Below are positions 42,602-51,404 of a stretch of 64,000 nucleotides of DNA, in pieces; within the stretch, counting starts at the first letter, position 1; every line of letters starts with the position of its first letter. The stretch lies in NCBI GenBank assembly GCA_963737065.1, contig CAVTRC010000001.1, forward strand, positions 2,016,001 to 2,080,000, written 5' to 3'. The DNA comes from Candidatus Eremiobacteria bacterium (GTDB taxonomy: Bacteria; Vulcanimicrobiota; Vulcanimicrobiia; Vulcanimicrobiales; Vulcanimicrobiaceae). A program made the translations under genes and the position numbers. A model generated the notes under the pieces. That model saw only the letters and a list, made by a program, of their open reading frames with translations. It did not search any database and was not told the DNA's origin.

Positions 42602-43426
42602 ATGCAAGTCGTTACAGCGGTCCTGCAGGCGCGCGCCTTGTTCGAAGTGATGCCACGTCCGCTTGGTTTCGTCCCCACAATGGGTGCGTTGCATGAAGGT
42701 CATTTGGCGCTGGCGCGGCGCGCGCGCGAAGCATCCGCCGGTGTTGCGGCTTCGATTTTCGTCAATCCGTTGCAGTTCGGCGCAAACGAAGATCTTCAAA
42801 CGTATCCGCGCGATCTCGAGAGCGACCGCGCGAAGTTCGCGGCTGCGGGTGTCGACGTACTGTTTCTTCCGGATCAAGCCTCGATGTATCCGCCTGATTT
42901 TTCGACAAGCGTCGATGTGGGCGAGATCGGCACGCGCTTCGAAGGCGCCGCCCGGCCAACGCATTTTCGCGGGGTGACGACGGTCGTGTCGAAGCTGCTC
43001 AATATCGTTCGTCCAGATACGCTCTACTTAGGACAAAAAGACGCTCAGCAAACTGCCGTGCTACGCCGGATGATTCGCGACCTCGCCATTCCGGCCACCG
43101 TCGTCATCGTGCCGACCGAGCGCGAGATCGACGGGCTCGCGCTCTCGAGCCGTAATCGCTACTTAGCGCCCGAAGAACGGCAAGCCGCACCGTCGCTACA
43201 CCATGCGCTCGAAGCGCTGCGCACGGCGATGCAGAACGGCAAGTCGAAGGCGGATGCTATCGCGGTTGCGCGAACGCGGCTCGATCCGCTCGCACGGGTC
43301 GACTATCTCGACGTCGTCGACGCGAATACGTTTGCGCCGATCGACGTGCTTGCACCGCCCGCATTCGTGATCGGAGCCGCGCGATTCGGCTCCACGCGGC
43401 TGCTGGACAATCTATGGATCGAATAG
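42602..43426 (+). CDS. panC: Pantoate-beta-alanine ligase
   Basis: PTMGALHEGH, FVNPLQF, GQKDAQQ, LSSRN. Confidence 0.96.
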   Translation: MQVVTAVLQARALFEVMPRPLGFVPTMGALHEGHLALARRAREASAGVAASIFVNPLQFGANEDLQTYPRDLESDRAKFAAAGVDVLFLPDQASMYPPDFSTSVDVGEIGTRFEGAARPTHFRGVTTVVSKLLNIVRPDTLYLGQKDAQQTAVLRRMIRDLAIPATVVIVPTEREIDGLALSSRNRYLAPEERQAAPSLHHALEALRTAMQNGKSKADAIAVARTRLDPLARVDYLDVVDANTFAPIDVLAPPAFVIGAARFGSTRLLDNLWIE

Positions 43427-44619
43427 ATCCGTTGCCCGGCGCCCGCGTCCTGCTCGGCGTCTGCGGCGGAATCGCGGCGTATAAGATTGCTTCGCTGACA
43501 AGCGCACTTGTTCAGCGCGGCGCCATCGTCGACGTCATGATGACGGCGGAAGCCGAGCACTTCATCGGATCGCTCACGTTCTCGTCGCTGACCGCGCGTC
43601 CGGTCTACACTTCGTTGTGGGATGCGCCCGAACACATTCCGCATATCCGTCTCGTGCGCGAAGCGGACGTTGCGGTCGTCGCACCGGCGACCGCCAACGT
43701 CATTGCGAAACTGGCGCACGGCATCGCCGACGATCTGCTGACCACGGCGCTGCTCGCGGCGCGCATTCCGGTACTCGTAGCGCCCGCGATGAACAGCGCT
43801 ATGTACGACGATGCGGCGACGCAGGCGAACCTGGACACGCTGCGCGCGCGCGGATATTGCTTCATCGACCCAGAGCGCGGCTTTCTCGCCGAGCGCGAGC
43901 CGGGTGTCGGACGTCTCGCCTCTGAAGAGCGATTGCTCGATGCGATTACGGACGTGCTGCACCGCAAAAAGTCGCTTGCGGGAAAGCGCGTTGCGATTAC
44001 CGCCGGTCCAACACGCGAAGCGTTCGATCCGATTCGCTTCATCAGCAATGCGTCGACCGGGTCGACCGGCATTGAACTTGCGCGCGAAGCATCGTTGCGC
44101 GGTGCGGACGTGACCTTGCTTCTTGGGCCGACCCTCCTCGAACCGCCGGCCGGTGTGCGCGTTGTCCGTTTCACGTCGGCGCAAGAACTCTACGAAGCGG
44201 CATTGCATGAAGCAACCGGCGCCGATCTAACGATTGCAACGGCAGCCGTTGCCGATTGGCGCCCCGCCGAGCGCGCCGAGTTGAAATTGAAGAAGACCGC
44301 CGACGATCTTACCGCACGGATGGTTCGCAATCCGGACGTCCTCGCGGCGCTCGGCGAGCGAAAAGCGCAGACGTTTCTCGTCGGCTTCGCCGCGGAAACC
44401 GACCTGCACGAAACGCACGCGCGCGAGAAGCTGACGCGAAAACATCTTGATGCCATCGTCGTGAACGACGTGCGCGGCGAACGCGGATTCGGGCGTGTCG
44501 AAAACACGTTGACGCTATTGTGGGGAGAGGACGGGCGCAAGAACCTCGGTACGGCGGCAAAAGCGCAACTCGCCGTGCGCCTCTTCGATGCGATTGAAGA
44601 GTTGATGCGATGTTCTTAG
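43414..44619 (+). CDS. coaBC: Bifunctional PPC decarboxylase/synthetase
   Basis: GGIAAYK, APATAN, PAMN, TAGPTRE, VGFAAET. Confidence 0.96.
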   Translation: MDRIDPLPGARVLLGVCGGIAAYKIASLTSALVQRGAIVDVMMTAEAEHFIGSLTFSSLTARPVYTSLWDAPEHIPHIRLVREADVAVVAPATANVIAKLAHGIADDLLTTALLAARIPVLVAPAMNSAMYDDAATQANLDTLRARGYCFIDPERGFLAEREPGVGRLASEERLLDAITDVLHRKKSLAGKRVAITAGPTREAFDPIRFISNASTGSTGIELAREASLRGADVTLLLGPTLLEPPAGVRVVRFTSAQELYEAALHEATGADLTIATAAVADWRPAERAELKLKKTADDLTARMVRNPDVLAALGERKAQTFLVGFAAETDLHETHAREKLTRKHLDAIVVNDVRGERGFGRVENTLTLLWGEDGRKNLGTAAKAQLAVRLFDAIEELMRCS

Positions 44620-45392
44620 CGATCGACGTCGGCAATACGGAAACGAAGCTCGGCATCTTCGAGGACGCCGCCGACGAGCTCGTGCATCATTGGCGCATCA
44701 ATACCGATGCACGCCGTACGGCGGACGAATACGGGGTGTTCTTCACGCAGCTTTTTGCGACCGCATCGTTGCCCGTGAACGCGATCGATGCGGTTGCGAT
44801 CGCAAGCGTCGTTCCGCGGCTCGACAACACGCTCGCCGGCGTCTGCGAGAAGTTCTTCAACGTGCGCGCGCACTTTCTCGAACCGCAGCGGCAGGACCTG
44901 ATCGAGATCCGCACCGAGCGTCCGGCGGAAGTCGGCGCGGATCTGGTCGCGGCGGCGATCGGCGGCCGGCAGCGCTACGGAGCGCCCTTGATTGTCGTAA
45001 GTTACGGTACGGCGACCGTCTTTACGGCGATTTCGCCGCAAGGCGAGTATCTCGGCGTTGCGATTGCGCCGGGCATCAATGTCTCGATCGACGCATTGGT
45101 CGGGCGAACCGCCAAACTTCCGCAAGTCGCACTCGAAGCGCCGGATCGCGCGATCGGCCGCAACACGATCGAAGCACTCCAAGCGGGATTCATGTACGGG
45201 TTCGTCGGCCAAAGCGAAGCGATCATCACGCGCATGCGGGCCGAGATGCAATACGATGCGCGCGTCGTAGCGACCGGCGGTCTTGCCGACGCCGTAGCGC
45301 GGCACAGTTCGCTCATCGAACGTGTCGATCCGAACTTGAGCCTTATCGGGCTGCAGTTGTTCTATACAAAGCTGCACGACGCCGGCACGTGA
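44610..45392 (+). CDS. coaX: Type III pantothenate kinase
   Basis: IDVGNT, VGAD, GTAT, ATGG. Confidence 0.93.
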   Translation: MFLAIDVGNTETKLGIFEDAADELVHHWRINTDARRTADEYGVFFTQLFATASLPVNAIDAVAIASVVPRLDNTLAGVCEKFFNVRAHFLEPQRQDLIEIRTERPAEVGADLVAAAIGGRQRYGAPLIVVSYGTATVFTAISPQGEYLGVAIAPGINVSIDALVGRTAKLPQVALEAPDRAIGRNTIEALQAGFMYGFVGQSEAIITRMRAEMQYDARVVATGGLADAVARHSSLIERVDPNLSLIGLQLFYTKLHDAGT

Positions 45393-45438
45393 ATCTGCGA
45401 CCCGTCCAAAGACGAGTCATGGTATACTGCGGGTTGCC

Positions 45439-46446
45439 ATGACCCCCGTCGTAGCGCCGCTCGCCGTCGGCGAGCACACCATTTGGCCTCCGCTCATTCT
45501 GGCGCCGATGTCCGGCGTAACGAACCGGACCATGCGTGCGCTCTATAAGCCCTTTGGGCTTGGTCTTACGGTGACCGAGTTCGTTTCGTCCAACGCGCTG
45601 CAGTACGGCAGCAAGCGGACGATGGAGATGATCGACCAGCACGGAATCGAGAAGCCGGTTTCGACGCAGCTCTGGGGCGACGACCCGAAGGTGATGGCGA
45701 GCGCGGCGAAGGTCGTGCGCGAATGCGGCGCGGACATCGTCGACATCAATTTCGGCTGTCCCGCCCCGAAGGTGACGAAGACGAACGGTGGCTCGGCATG
45801 TCTGCGCGACCTCGATCGCTGCGAAGCGATCATGGCGGACGTTGTCGAGGCCGTCGATTGTCCGGTGACGATGAAGATGCGTCTCGGCTGGAGCGAGGAT
45901 AAACTCGTGTACGTCGATGTCGCGAGGCGCGCCGAACGCGTGGGCATCAAAGCGGTGACGCTGCACGCGCGTACCGCGCGGCAGTTCTACAAAGGCACTG
46001 CCGACTGGGATCACATCAAACGGTTGAAAGCCTCCGTCGGCATTCCGGTTATCGGTAACGGCGATCTCGACGATCCGCACGTCGCGATGCAACGCATGCG
46101 CGATACGGGCGTGGATGCAATCATGCTGGGCCGTGCGACGTTGGGTAACCCGTGGTTGATTTCGCAGATTCGCGAATTGATGGAGGGCCGCGAAGCCCAG
46201 CCGGCGCCATCGGATGCGGACCGCTTGCGGTTCTGCATCGTGCACTACAAGCGCATGGTGGACGAATTGGGCGAAGCGCGAGCGGTTCCGCAAATGCGCA
46301 AACACGTCGCATTGTATCTGAAAGGCATTCCGCGCGCCGCGATTCTGCGCGAGCGAATCATGCGCATTCCAACCGCGCATGAGGCTGTCGGCGTCATCGA
46401 AGAGACGATCGAACGTCTGGAACGCGAGTGCTACGTTGCCGCATAA
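45439..46446 (+). CDS. dusB: tRNA-dihydrouridine synthase
   Basis: LAPMSGVT, DINFGCP, LHART, VIGNGD. Confidence 0.93.
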   Translation: MTPVVAPLAVGEHTIWPPLILAPMSGVTNRTMRALYKPFGLGLTVTEFVSSNALQYGSKRTMEMIDQHGIEKPVSTQLWGDDPKVMASAAKVVRECGADIVDINFGCPAPKVTKTNGGSACLRDLDRCEAIMADVVEAVDCPVTMKMRLGWSEDKLVYVDVARRAERVGIKAVTLHARTARQFYKGTADWDHIKRLKASVGIPVIGNGDLDDPHVAMQRMRDTGVDAIMLGRATLGNPWLISQIRELMEGREAQPAPSDADRLRFCIVHYKRMVDELGEARAVPQMRKHVALYLKGIPRAAILRERIMRIPTAHEAVGVIEETIERLERECYVAA

Positions 46447-46478
46447 AAAACGAGGAGACCGCATTGCGACCTCCTCGT
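46445..46478 (-). terminator. Terminator for a minus-strand (tRNA-like) transcript
   Basis: Minus strand reads ACGAGGAGGTCGC-AAT-GCGGTCTCCTCGT then TTTTT. Confidence 0.7.
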
Positions 46479-46517
46479 CTCGTAGCTCAATTGGATTGAG
46501 CACGGCCCCGACTAAGC
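46479..46517 (+). repeat. Inverted copy of the 5' half of the adjacent tRNA-like gene
   Basis: 34/39 identical to the reverse complement of 46605-46643. Confidence 0.9.
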
Positions 46518-46572
46518 ACCCTGACTTTAGCGCGGCCGACCAAACCGCGTCAAGGTGCTTGAGTCCTTGGGT

Positions 46573-46646
46573 CGCGCTCGGCGGGACTCGAACCCGCATC
46601 TCCGGCTTAGTCGGAACCGTGCTTTATCCAATTAAGCTACGAGCGC
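46573..46646 (-). tRNA. tRNA-like gene: Arg-type body, non-canonical anticodon loop CCGACUA (GAC at 34-36), no encoded CCA
   Basis: GCGCTCG TA GCTT AATTGGATA AAGC A CGGTT CCGACTA AGCCG GAGAT GCGGG TTCGAGT CCCGC CGAGCGC G gives a complete 74-nt cloverleaf. Confidence 0.8.
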
Positions 46647-46647
46647 T

Positions 46648-47934
46648 GTGATGCAATCACGCGATGGACAGTCGTTGACAACCGAGACCGCGCACGATCT
46701 TGCCGGCGAAGCGTTCGAGAATTACAAGCAGTACATTAATCCGCCGTTGGCGCGCGTGATGAAGCTCTCAGGCTCGCCGGTTGAAGTCCGCGCTTCGGGC
46801 ACGACGATTTGGGATCAGAACGGTAAGGCGTATCTCGATTTCGCCGGCGGCTACGGCGTCTTCACGCTCGGACACTCGCATCCGCGTGTGATTGCCGCGG
46901 TCCGCGAGCAGATGGAGTCGATGTCGCTTTCGGGCAAGACGATGTTCAACGTTATGCTCGGACGAGCGGCGAAACGTCTCGCGCAACTCGCGCCCGGAGA
47001 TCTCCAGTATTCATTTTGGTGCAATAGCGGAACCGAAGCGGTAGAAGGCGCGATCAAGCTCGCGCGTGCCGCAACGGGACGGATAAAGATCGTTGCAACG
47101 CGCGATGCATATCACGGAAAAACGATCGGCGCCCTGTCGATTAGCGGTCGCGAAGCTTTTCAAACGCCGTTTCGTCCGCTTCTGGCTGACGTGGCGCACG
47201 TCGATTTTGGAGACGCATCCGTGCTCGATGACGCGCTGCGCGATGCGGCCGCATTCATCGTGGAACCCGTGCAAGGCGAAGGCGGCGTAAACGTCCCGCG
47301 CGACGGCTATCTGCGCGCCGTTCGCGATGCGTGCGATCGCACCGGCGCGGTCTTTATCGCCGACGAAGTGCAAACGGGTCTCGGCCGCTGCGGTTACCGG
47401 TTCGGTTGCGATCGCGACGGCGTCGTTCCCGACGTCATGACGCTCGCGAAGGGACTCTCCGGCGGCGTCATTCCGGTCGGGGCGTTCATCGCACGCCCCG
47501 ACCTGTGGAATCGCGCGTACGCGAAGCAGCCGCTCGTACACACGTCGACATTCGGCGGAAGCGAAATCGCATGCGCCGCCGCGCTCGCCGCGATGGACGT
47601 TCTCGAGGACGAGGACCTCATCGCAAACGCGCGCGATCGCGGTGCACAATTGCTCGACGGATGCCGTGCGCTTGCAACGCAATTTCCTCACGTGATTCGT
47701 GAAGCGCGCGGCGTCGGGTTGCTCGTCGGCGTTGAACTCACGAACGAGGGCTACGGCGGCTGGATCATTCCGGAAATGTTGAAAGCCGGCGTGACGGCCG
47801 CGTGGACGCTGAATCAGCAGCGCGTTATTCGCTTGGAGCCGCCGTTGGTGGTCACCGGCGACGAAGTACAGTACGCGCTCGCGGCATTGCGGGCAGGGGT
47901 AACAACCGCCGGTGAGAAGCTAGGGCGCTTGTAA
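46648..47934 (+). CDS. Class III PLP aminotransferase (putrescine/acetylornithine aminotransferase-like)
   Basis: YLDFAGGYG, IADEVQTGLGRCG, LAKGLSGG, HTSTFGG; true start may be TTG 46675. Confidence 0.9.
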   Translation: MMQSRDGQSLTTETAHDLAGEAFENYKQYINPPLARVMKLSGSPVEVRASGTTIWDQNGKAYLDFAGGYGVFTLGHSHPRVIAAVREQMESMSLSGKTMFNVMLGRAAKRLAQLAPGDLQYSFWCNSGTEAVEGAIKLARAATGRIKIVATRDAYHGKTIGALSISGREAFQTPFRPLLADVAHVDFGDASVLDDALRDAAAFIVEPVQGEGGVNVPRDGYLRAVRDACDRTGAVFIADEVQTGLGRCGYRFGCDRDGVVPDVMTLAKGLSGGVIPVGAFIARPDLWNRAYAKQPLVHTSTFGGSEIACAAALAAMDVLEDEDLIANARDRGAQLLDGCRALATQFPHVIREARGVGLLVGVELTNEGYGGWIIPEMLKAGVTAAWTLNQQRVIRLEPPLVVTGDEVQYALAALRAGVTTAGEKLGRL

Positions 47935-47941
47935 ATCGATC

Positions 47942-48376
47942 ATGCCCTACGTCGAAACCACGATTGCGATCGCGGCGCCTGCGCGCGCGGTTTACGAGCT
48001 CGCGAAAGATCAGGAGCGGTTCCCGCAATTCATGCCGGACGTCGAAACCGTGTCGGTTCTCGAACGCCATGCGGATCATTGGATCACACGCTGGAAGACG
48101 CTTGTGGAAGAAGCGCCGATCGAGTGGACGGAAGAAGATCGTTTCGATGACGACGCATTGCGCATCGATTACAAACTGCTCGAGGGCGATCTCGATAAGT
48201 TCGAAGGCGCGTGGACATTCGAAGAACGTGACGGCATAACGCACGTGCTGCTCGGCGTCGACTACGATTTCGGCGTGCCGACGCTCGCGCAGTTGATCGG
48301 CCCGACCCTAGAGAAAAAGGTCAAGGAAAACAGCGAGATGATGCTCGCAGCGCTCAAACGCGAGGCTGAAAAGTGA
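47942..48376 (+). CDS. SRPBCC/START (polyketide cyclase/Coq10-like) lipid-binding protein
   Basis: APARAVYELAKDQERFPQFMP, EGDLDKFEGAW. Confidence 0.88.
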   Translation: MPYVETTIAIAAPARAVYELAKDQERFPQFMPDVETVSVLERHADHWITRWKTLVEEAPIEWTEEDRFDDDALRIDYKLLEGDLDKFEGAWTFEERDGITHVLLGVDYDFGVPTLAQLIGPTLEKKVKENSEMMLAALKREAEK

Positions 48377-48674
48377 TGGGGGCCCCAAAGGCCTTTGGGG
48401 GGGCGCGCAGCCGCAGGCGGAGTGCCTGTCAAACAGAGGGGTCCCCGAAGTGCGGAGCACTTTGGGGATGAAGGAAAACAGCGAGATGATGCTCGCAGCG
48501 CTCAAACGCGAGGCTGAAAAGTGATGGGGCCCCAAAGGCGTTTGGGGGGCGCGCAGCCGCAGGCGGAGTGCCTGTTAAACAGAGGGGTCCCCGAAGTGCG
48601 GAGCACTTTGGGGATGAAGGAAAACAGCGAGATGATGCTCGCAGCGCTTAAACGCGAGGCTGAAAAGTGATGGG
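48323..48674 (+). repeat. A-B-A-B-A array: three copies of the 58-bp SRPBCC gene end separated by two palindromic elements
   Basis: A starts at 48323, 48471, 48617; B at about 48378-48467 and 48526-48613 is homologous to the lexA-upstream element. Confidence 0.92.
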
Positions 48675-49794
48675 CACCCAAAGCGCTCGGCCGAAATTCT
48701 GCTTCGTCATTCACCCGCTTTCGCTGCTGGACGTTGCCCGTTATGAGCCGGGCGCGGCGGGCAAGGGAGAGCCGATCATTCGCAAGATTCTCGAGTGGAT
48801 GCCGTCGTACGCTGCGGTGCATGTGACCGGCGTGCGCACGCCGGACGGTCGCGAAACGGAAGGGTGGTTCGTGGCCGCGCCGCTGCTGCCCGAGCAGATC
48901 ATGGAGTTGCCGCGCGAAGAGGTGTACAAGCGAATCGTGCGCGCGATCGAGATCGGTGCGGAACTCGGCGCAAATGTTGCGGGACTCGGGGCGTTCACCG
49001 GCGTCGTCGGTGACGGCGGCATCACGATTGCGCAACGGTCGCCGATCCCGGTGACGACGGGAAACTCGCTCACGATTGCCGCCGGAATCCAAAGTCTATT
49101 CCGCGCCGCGCGCGAAATGGAGATCGATCCGTCGACGTCAACCGCCGTCGTCGTCGGTGCAACGGGTTCGATCGGAAGCGCATGCGTGAAGCTCATTGCG
49201 TCGCGCGTCAAAGACGTGATTCTCGTCGCGCGCAACGCCACGCGTTTAGCGAAGTTTCACGAAGAGGTGCGCGACGAGCTTCCGTGCGACTCGACGTACA
49301 CGACCGATATTCCGGACGCCGTGCGCCGTTCGCAATTGATTCTTACCGCGACATCGTCGACGCAAGATATCATCGAGCCCGAAGATTTGCAAACCGGCGC
49401 GGTCGTCTGCGAACTATCCCTTCCGCACGACGTCAGCCGGCGTGTTGCGTTGGAGCGTCCCGACGTCCTCGTCACCGAAGGCGGCAACATGTGCGTGCCG
49501 GGTGCGCCTCGATTCGAACGCGTCCGTGAACCCGGAACGGATTTCGATTTGAATCTCCCTCCGCGCACCGCACTCGCCTGCATGAGCGAAACCATGGTGC
49601 TCGCACTCGAACGCCGCTTCGAGTCGTATACACTCGGCCGCGGCATCGATGTAGCGAAGGTCGTCGAGATCGAAGAGATGGCCGGACGCTGTGGGTTCAC
49701 GCTCGCCGGCATGCGTGCATTCGACGCAGCGATTACGCGCGAAAAAGTAACGGCGACCCGAGAAGCCGCCGCCGCACGGCGCGTCGCTGTATGA
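48670..49794 (+). CDS. Acyl-ACP reductase-like protein (fatty-aldehyde-forming AAR family; often annotated shikimate dehydrogenase-like)
   Basis: FVIHP, GLGAFT, TTGNSLT, VVGATGSIG, ALACMSETMVLAL resemble cyanobacterial AAR motifs including the catalytic-Cys region. Confidence 0.75.
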   Translation: MGTQSARPKFCFVIHPLSLLDVARYEPGAAGKGEPIIRKILEWMPSYAAVHVTGVRTPDGRETEGWFVAAPLLPEQIMELPREEVYKRIVRAIEIGAELGANVAGLGAFTGVVGDGGITIAQRSPIPVTTGNSLTIAAGIQSLFRAAREMEIDPSTSTAVVVGATGSIGSACVKLIASRVKDVILVARNATRLAKFHEEVRDELPCDSTYTTDIPDAVRRSQLILTATSSTQDIIEPEDLQTGAVVCELSLPHDVSRRVALERPDVLVTEGGNMCVPGAPRFERVREPGTDFDLNLPPRTALACMSETMVLALERRFESYTLGRGIDVAKVVEIEEMAGRCGFTLAGMRAFDAAITREKVTATREAAAARRVAV

Positions 49795-49835
49795 AGCCTG
49801 GTACGGCGCCGCCGCATCGCGGTTCAGCCGTTGCT

Positions 49836-49986
49836 CGACGAGGTCCCGCTGCATGATCGCTCGCGCCGCCATGTTCTTTAGGCGCGCCCTAGGGGCGTTT
49901 CAAGCGCACCGAGTTCTGTCGCGCGCCATGCACGGGGGGCCCCACAACGTGGGGGGCGCGGAGGCTCGGCCGGAGCGCCGTTCAAA
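49836..49986 (+). repeat. Extended (~150 bp) palindromic element, copy Q
   Basis: Aligns with a single 1-nt gap to 52717-52862; its 3' part matches the lexA/SRPBCC element core. Confidence 0.85.
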
Positions 49987-50892
49987 ATGAAAAAAATCGT
50001 GTCGGTGTCGCTTGGCTCGTCGACACGCGATCATCGCGCCGTCATCGATCTCATGGGCGAGGACTTCGATATTTCACGCGAAGGTGTCGACGGCAAATTG
50101 GACGTGGCGATCAAACGGGTCGAGGAGCTCGACGGGAAGGTCGATGCGATCGGGCTCGGCGGGATCGACGTCTACCTGTATGCAGGATCGAAGCGGTATG
50201 CGTTGCGCGACGGCTTACGTTTGCTCAATGCGGCGAAAACTACGCCGGTCGTTGACGGAAGCGGTCTCAAGAACACACTCGAACGCGAAGCGGTCCGATA
50301 TATGCAAGACGACCTGCACATCGATCTTCGCGGGAAAAAAGTGCTGATGGTGAGCGCGCTCGACCGCTTCGGTATGGCGCAGGCGCTCGTCGACGCCGGT
50401 GCGGATGTGCTCTTCGGTGACTTCATCTTCGCGCTCGACAAAGACATGGCGGTGCGCGATCTCAAGACATTCGAAGAGATGGCGGAAAAATATCTCCCGG
50501 ACGCCTGCAAACTGCCGTTTCAATTTTTTTATCCCACAGGGAAGAAACAAGAGAAGCCGCCCGAGCCGAAGTATCCGCAGTACTACGACGAAGCCGACAT
50601 CATTGCGGGCGACTTCCATTTCATGCGCCAGTTCATGCCGCGTCGCCTCGACGGAAAGATCGTGTTGACCAACACCGTTACGCAAGCGAATATCGACGAA
50701 CTGCGCGATCGCGGCGTTACGATGTTAATCACCACGACGCCCGACTTCGAAGGCCGTTCGTTCGGAACGAACGTCATCGAAGCGGCATTGCTCGCGTTCC
50801 TCGGCAAGCGCTGGGAAGATGTGACGCCCGCGGACTACGAGCGCGTGTTGCGGGAATTGCGTCTGCGTCCGCGGGTCATCTCGCTGAATTGA
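49987..50892 (+). CDS. Conserved hypothetical protein (commonly annotated 'quinate 5-dehydrogenase')
   Basis: VSVSLGSS.RDH, DAIGLGG, PVVDGSGLKNTLE, GRSFGTNV. Confidence 0.8.
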   Translation: MKKIVSVSLGSSTRDHRAVIDLMGEDFDISREGVDGKLDVAIKRVEELDGKVDAIGLGGIDVYLYAGSKRYALRDGLRLLNAAKTTPVVDGSGLKNTLEREAVRYMQDDLHIDLRGKKVLMVSALDRFGMAQALVDAGADVLFGDFIFALDKDMAVRDLKTFEEMAEKYLPDACKLPFQFFYPTGKKQEKPPEPKYPQYYDEADIIAGDFHFMRQFMPRRLDGKIVLTNTVTQANIDELRDRGVTMLITTTPDFEGRSFGTNVIEAALLAFLGKRWEDVTPADYERVLRELRLRPRVISLN

Positions 50893-51398
50893 TCGTCGGC
50901 GTCGTTTCCGACACGCACCTTCCGCGCTTCGGTTGCGAGTTGCCGCCGGCGCTCGTGCGCGGCTTGCGAACGGCGAACGTCGACGTCATCGCGCATTGCG
51001 GCGATTTGACGGAACTGATGGCGATCGACCTACTCCGGGAGATCGCGCCCGTCGTTGCGGTCGCCGGCAATAACGACGCGAAGCAGCTGCATAAAGAGCT
51101 GGGCGAGCGCAAAATCATCGAAGCGGGCGACGCGCGCATCGGCGTCGTGCATGGCCACGCCGGGAAGGGACGCTCAACCGCCGACCGCGCGTTCAATGCG
51201 TTCACCGATGAGGCGGTCGACGTAATTCTGTTCGGTCATTCGCACATTCCATATCGTGCGCGGCGCGACGGCGTACTGCTGTTCAATCCGGGTTCGCCTA
51301 CCGACAAACGGCTAAATCCCGCATATTCGTATGGGATCGTGCGCGTCGACGGCAAGCGCGTGCGCGCCTCACATCGCTTCTATCTCTCGAAGAAGTAA
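50889..51398 (+). CDS. YfcE/MJ0936-family metallophosphoesterase
   Basis: SDTH, HCGD, GNND, HGH, FGHSH, NPGS. Confidence 0.9.
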   Translation: MIVGVVSDTHLPRFGCELPPALVRGLRTANVDVIAHCGDLTELMAIDLLREIAPVVAVAGNNDAKQLHKELGERKIIEAGDARIGVVHGHAGKGRSTADRAFNAFTDEAVDVILFGHSHIPYRARRDGVLLFNPGSPTDKRLNPAYSYGIVRVDGKRVRASHRFYLSKK

Positions 51399-51404
51399 GG
51401 CCGA

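Noticed and set aside
46573..46646. tRNA-Pyl, tRNA-Sec, amber suppressor or intron-containing tRNA
   Set aside because: CTA is not at positions 34-36, the arm geometry is that of a standard class I tRNA, and no intron-sized insert or pyl/sel genes are present.
46479..46646. Prophage/ICE att site or invertible switch producing a second functional tRNA
   Set aside because: att duplications are normally direct repeats of the 3' half, whereas this is an inverted 5' half. No recombinase is nearby, and inversion would give a broken acceptor stem.
48323..48674. CRISPR array
   Set aside because: The 'spacers' are near-identical to each other, the 'repeat' is a 58-bp gene end, and there are no cas genes in the window.
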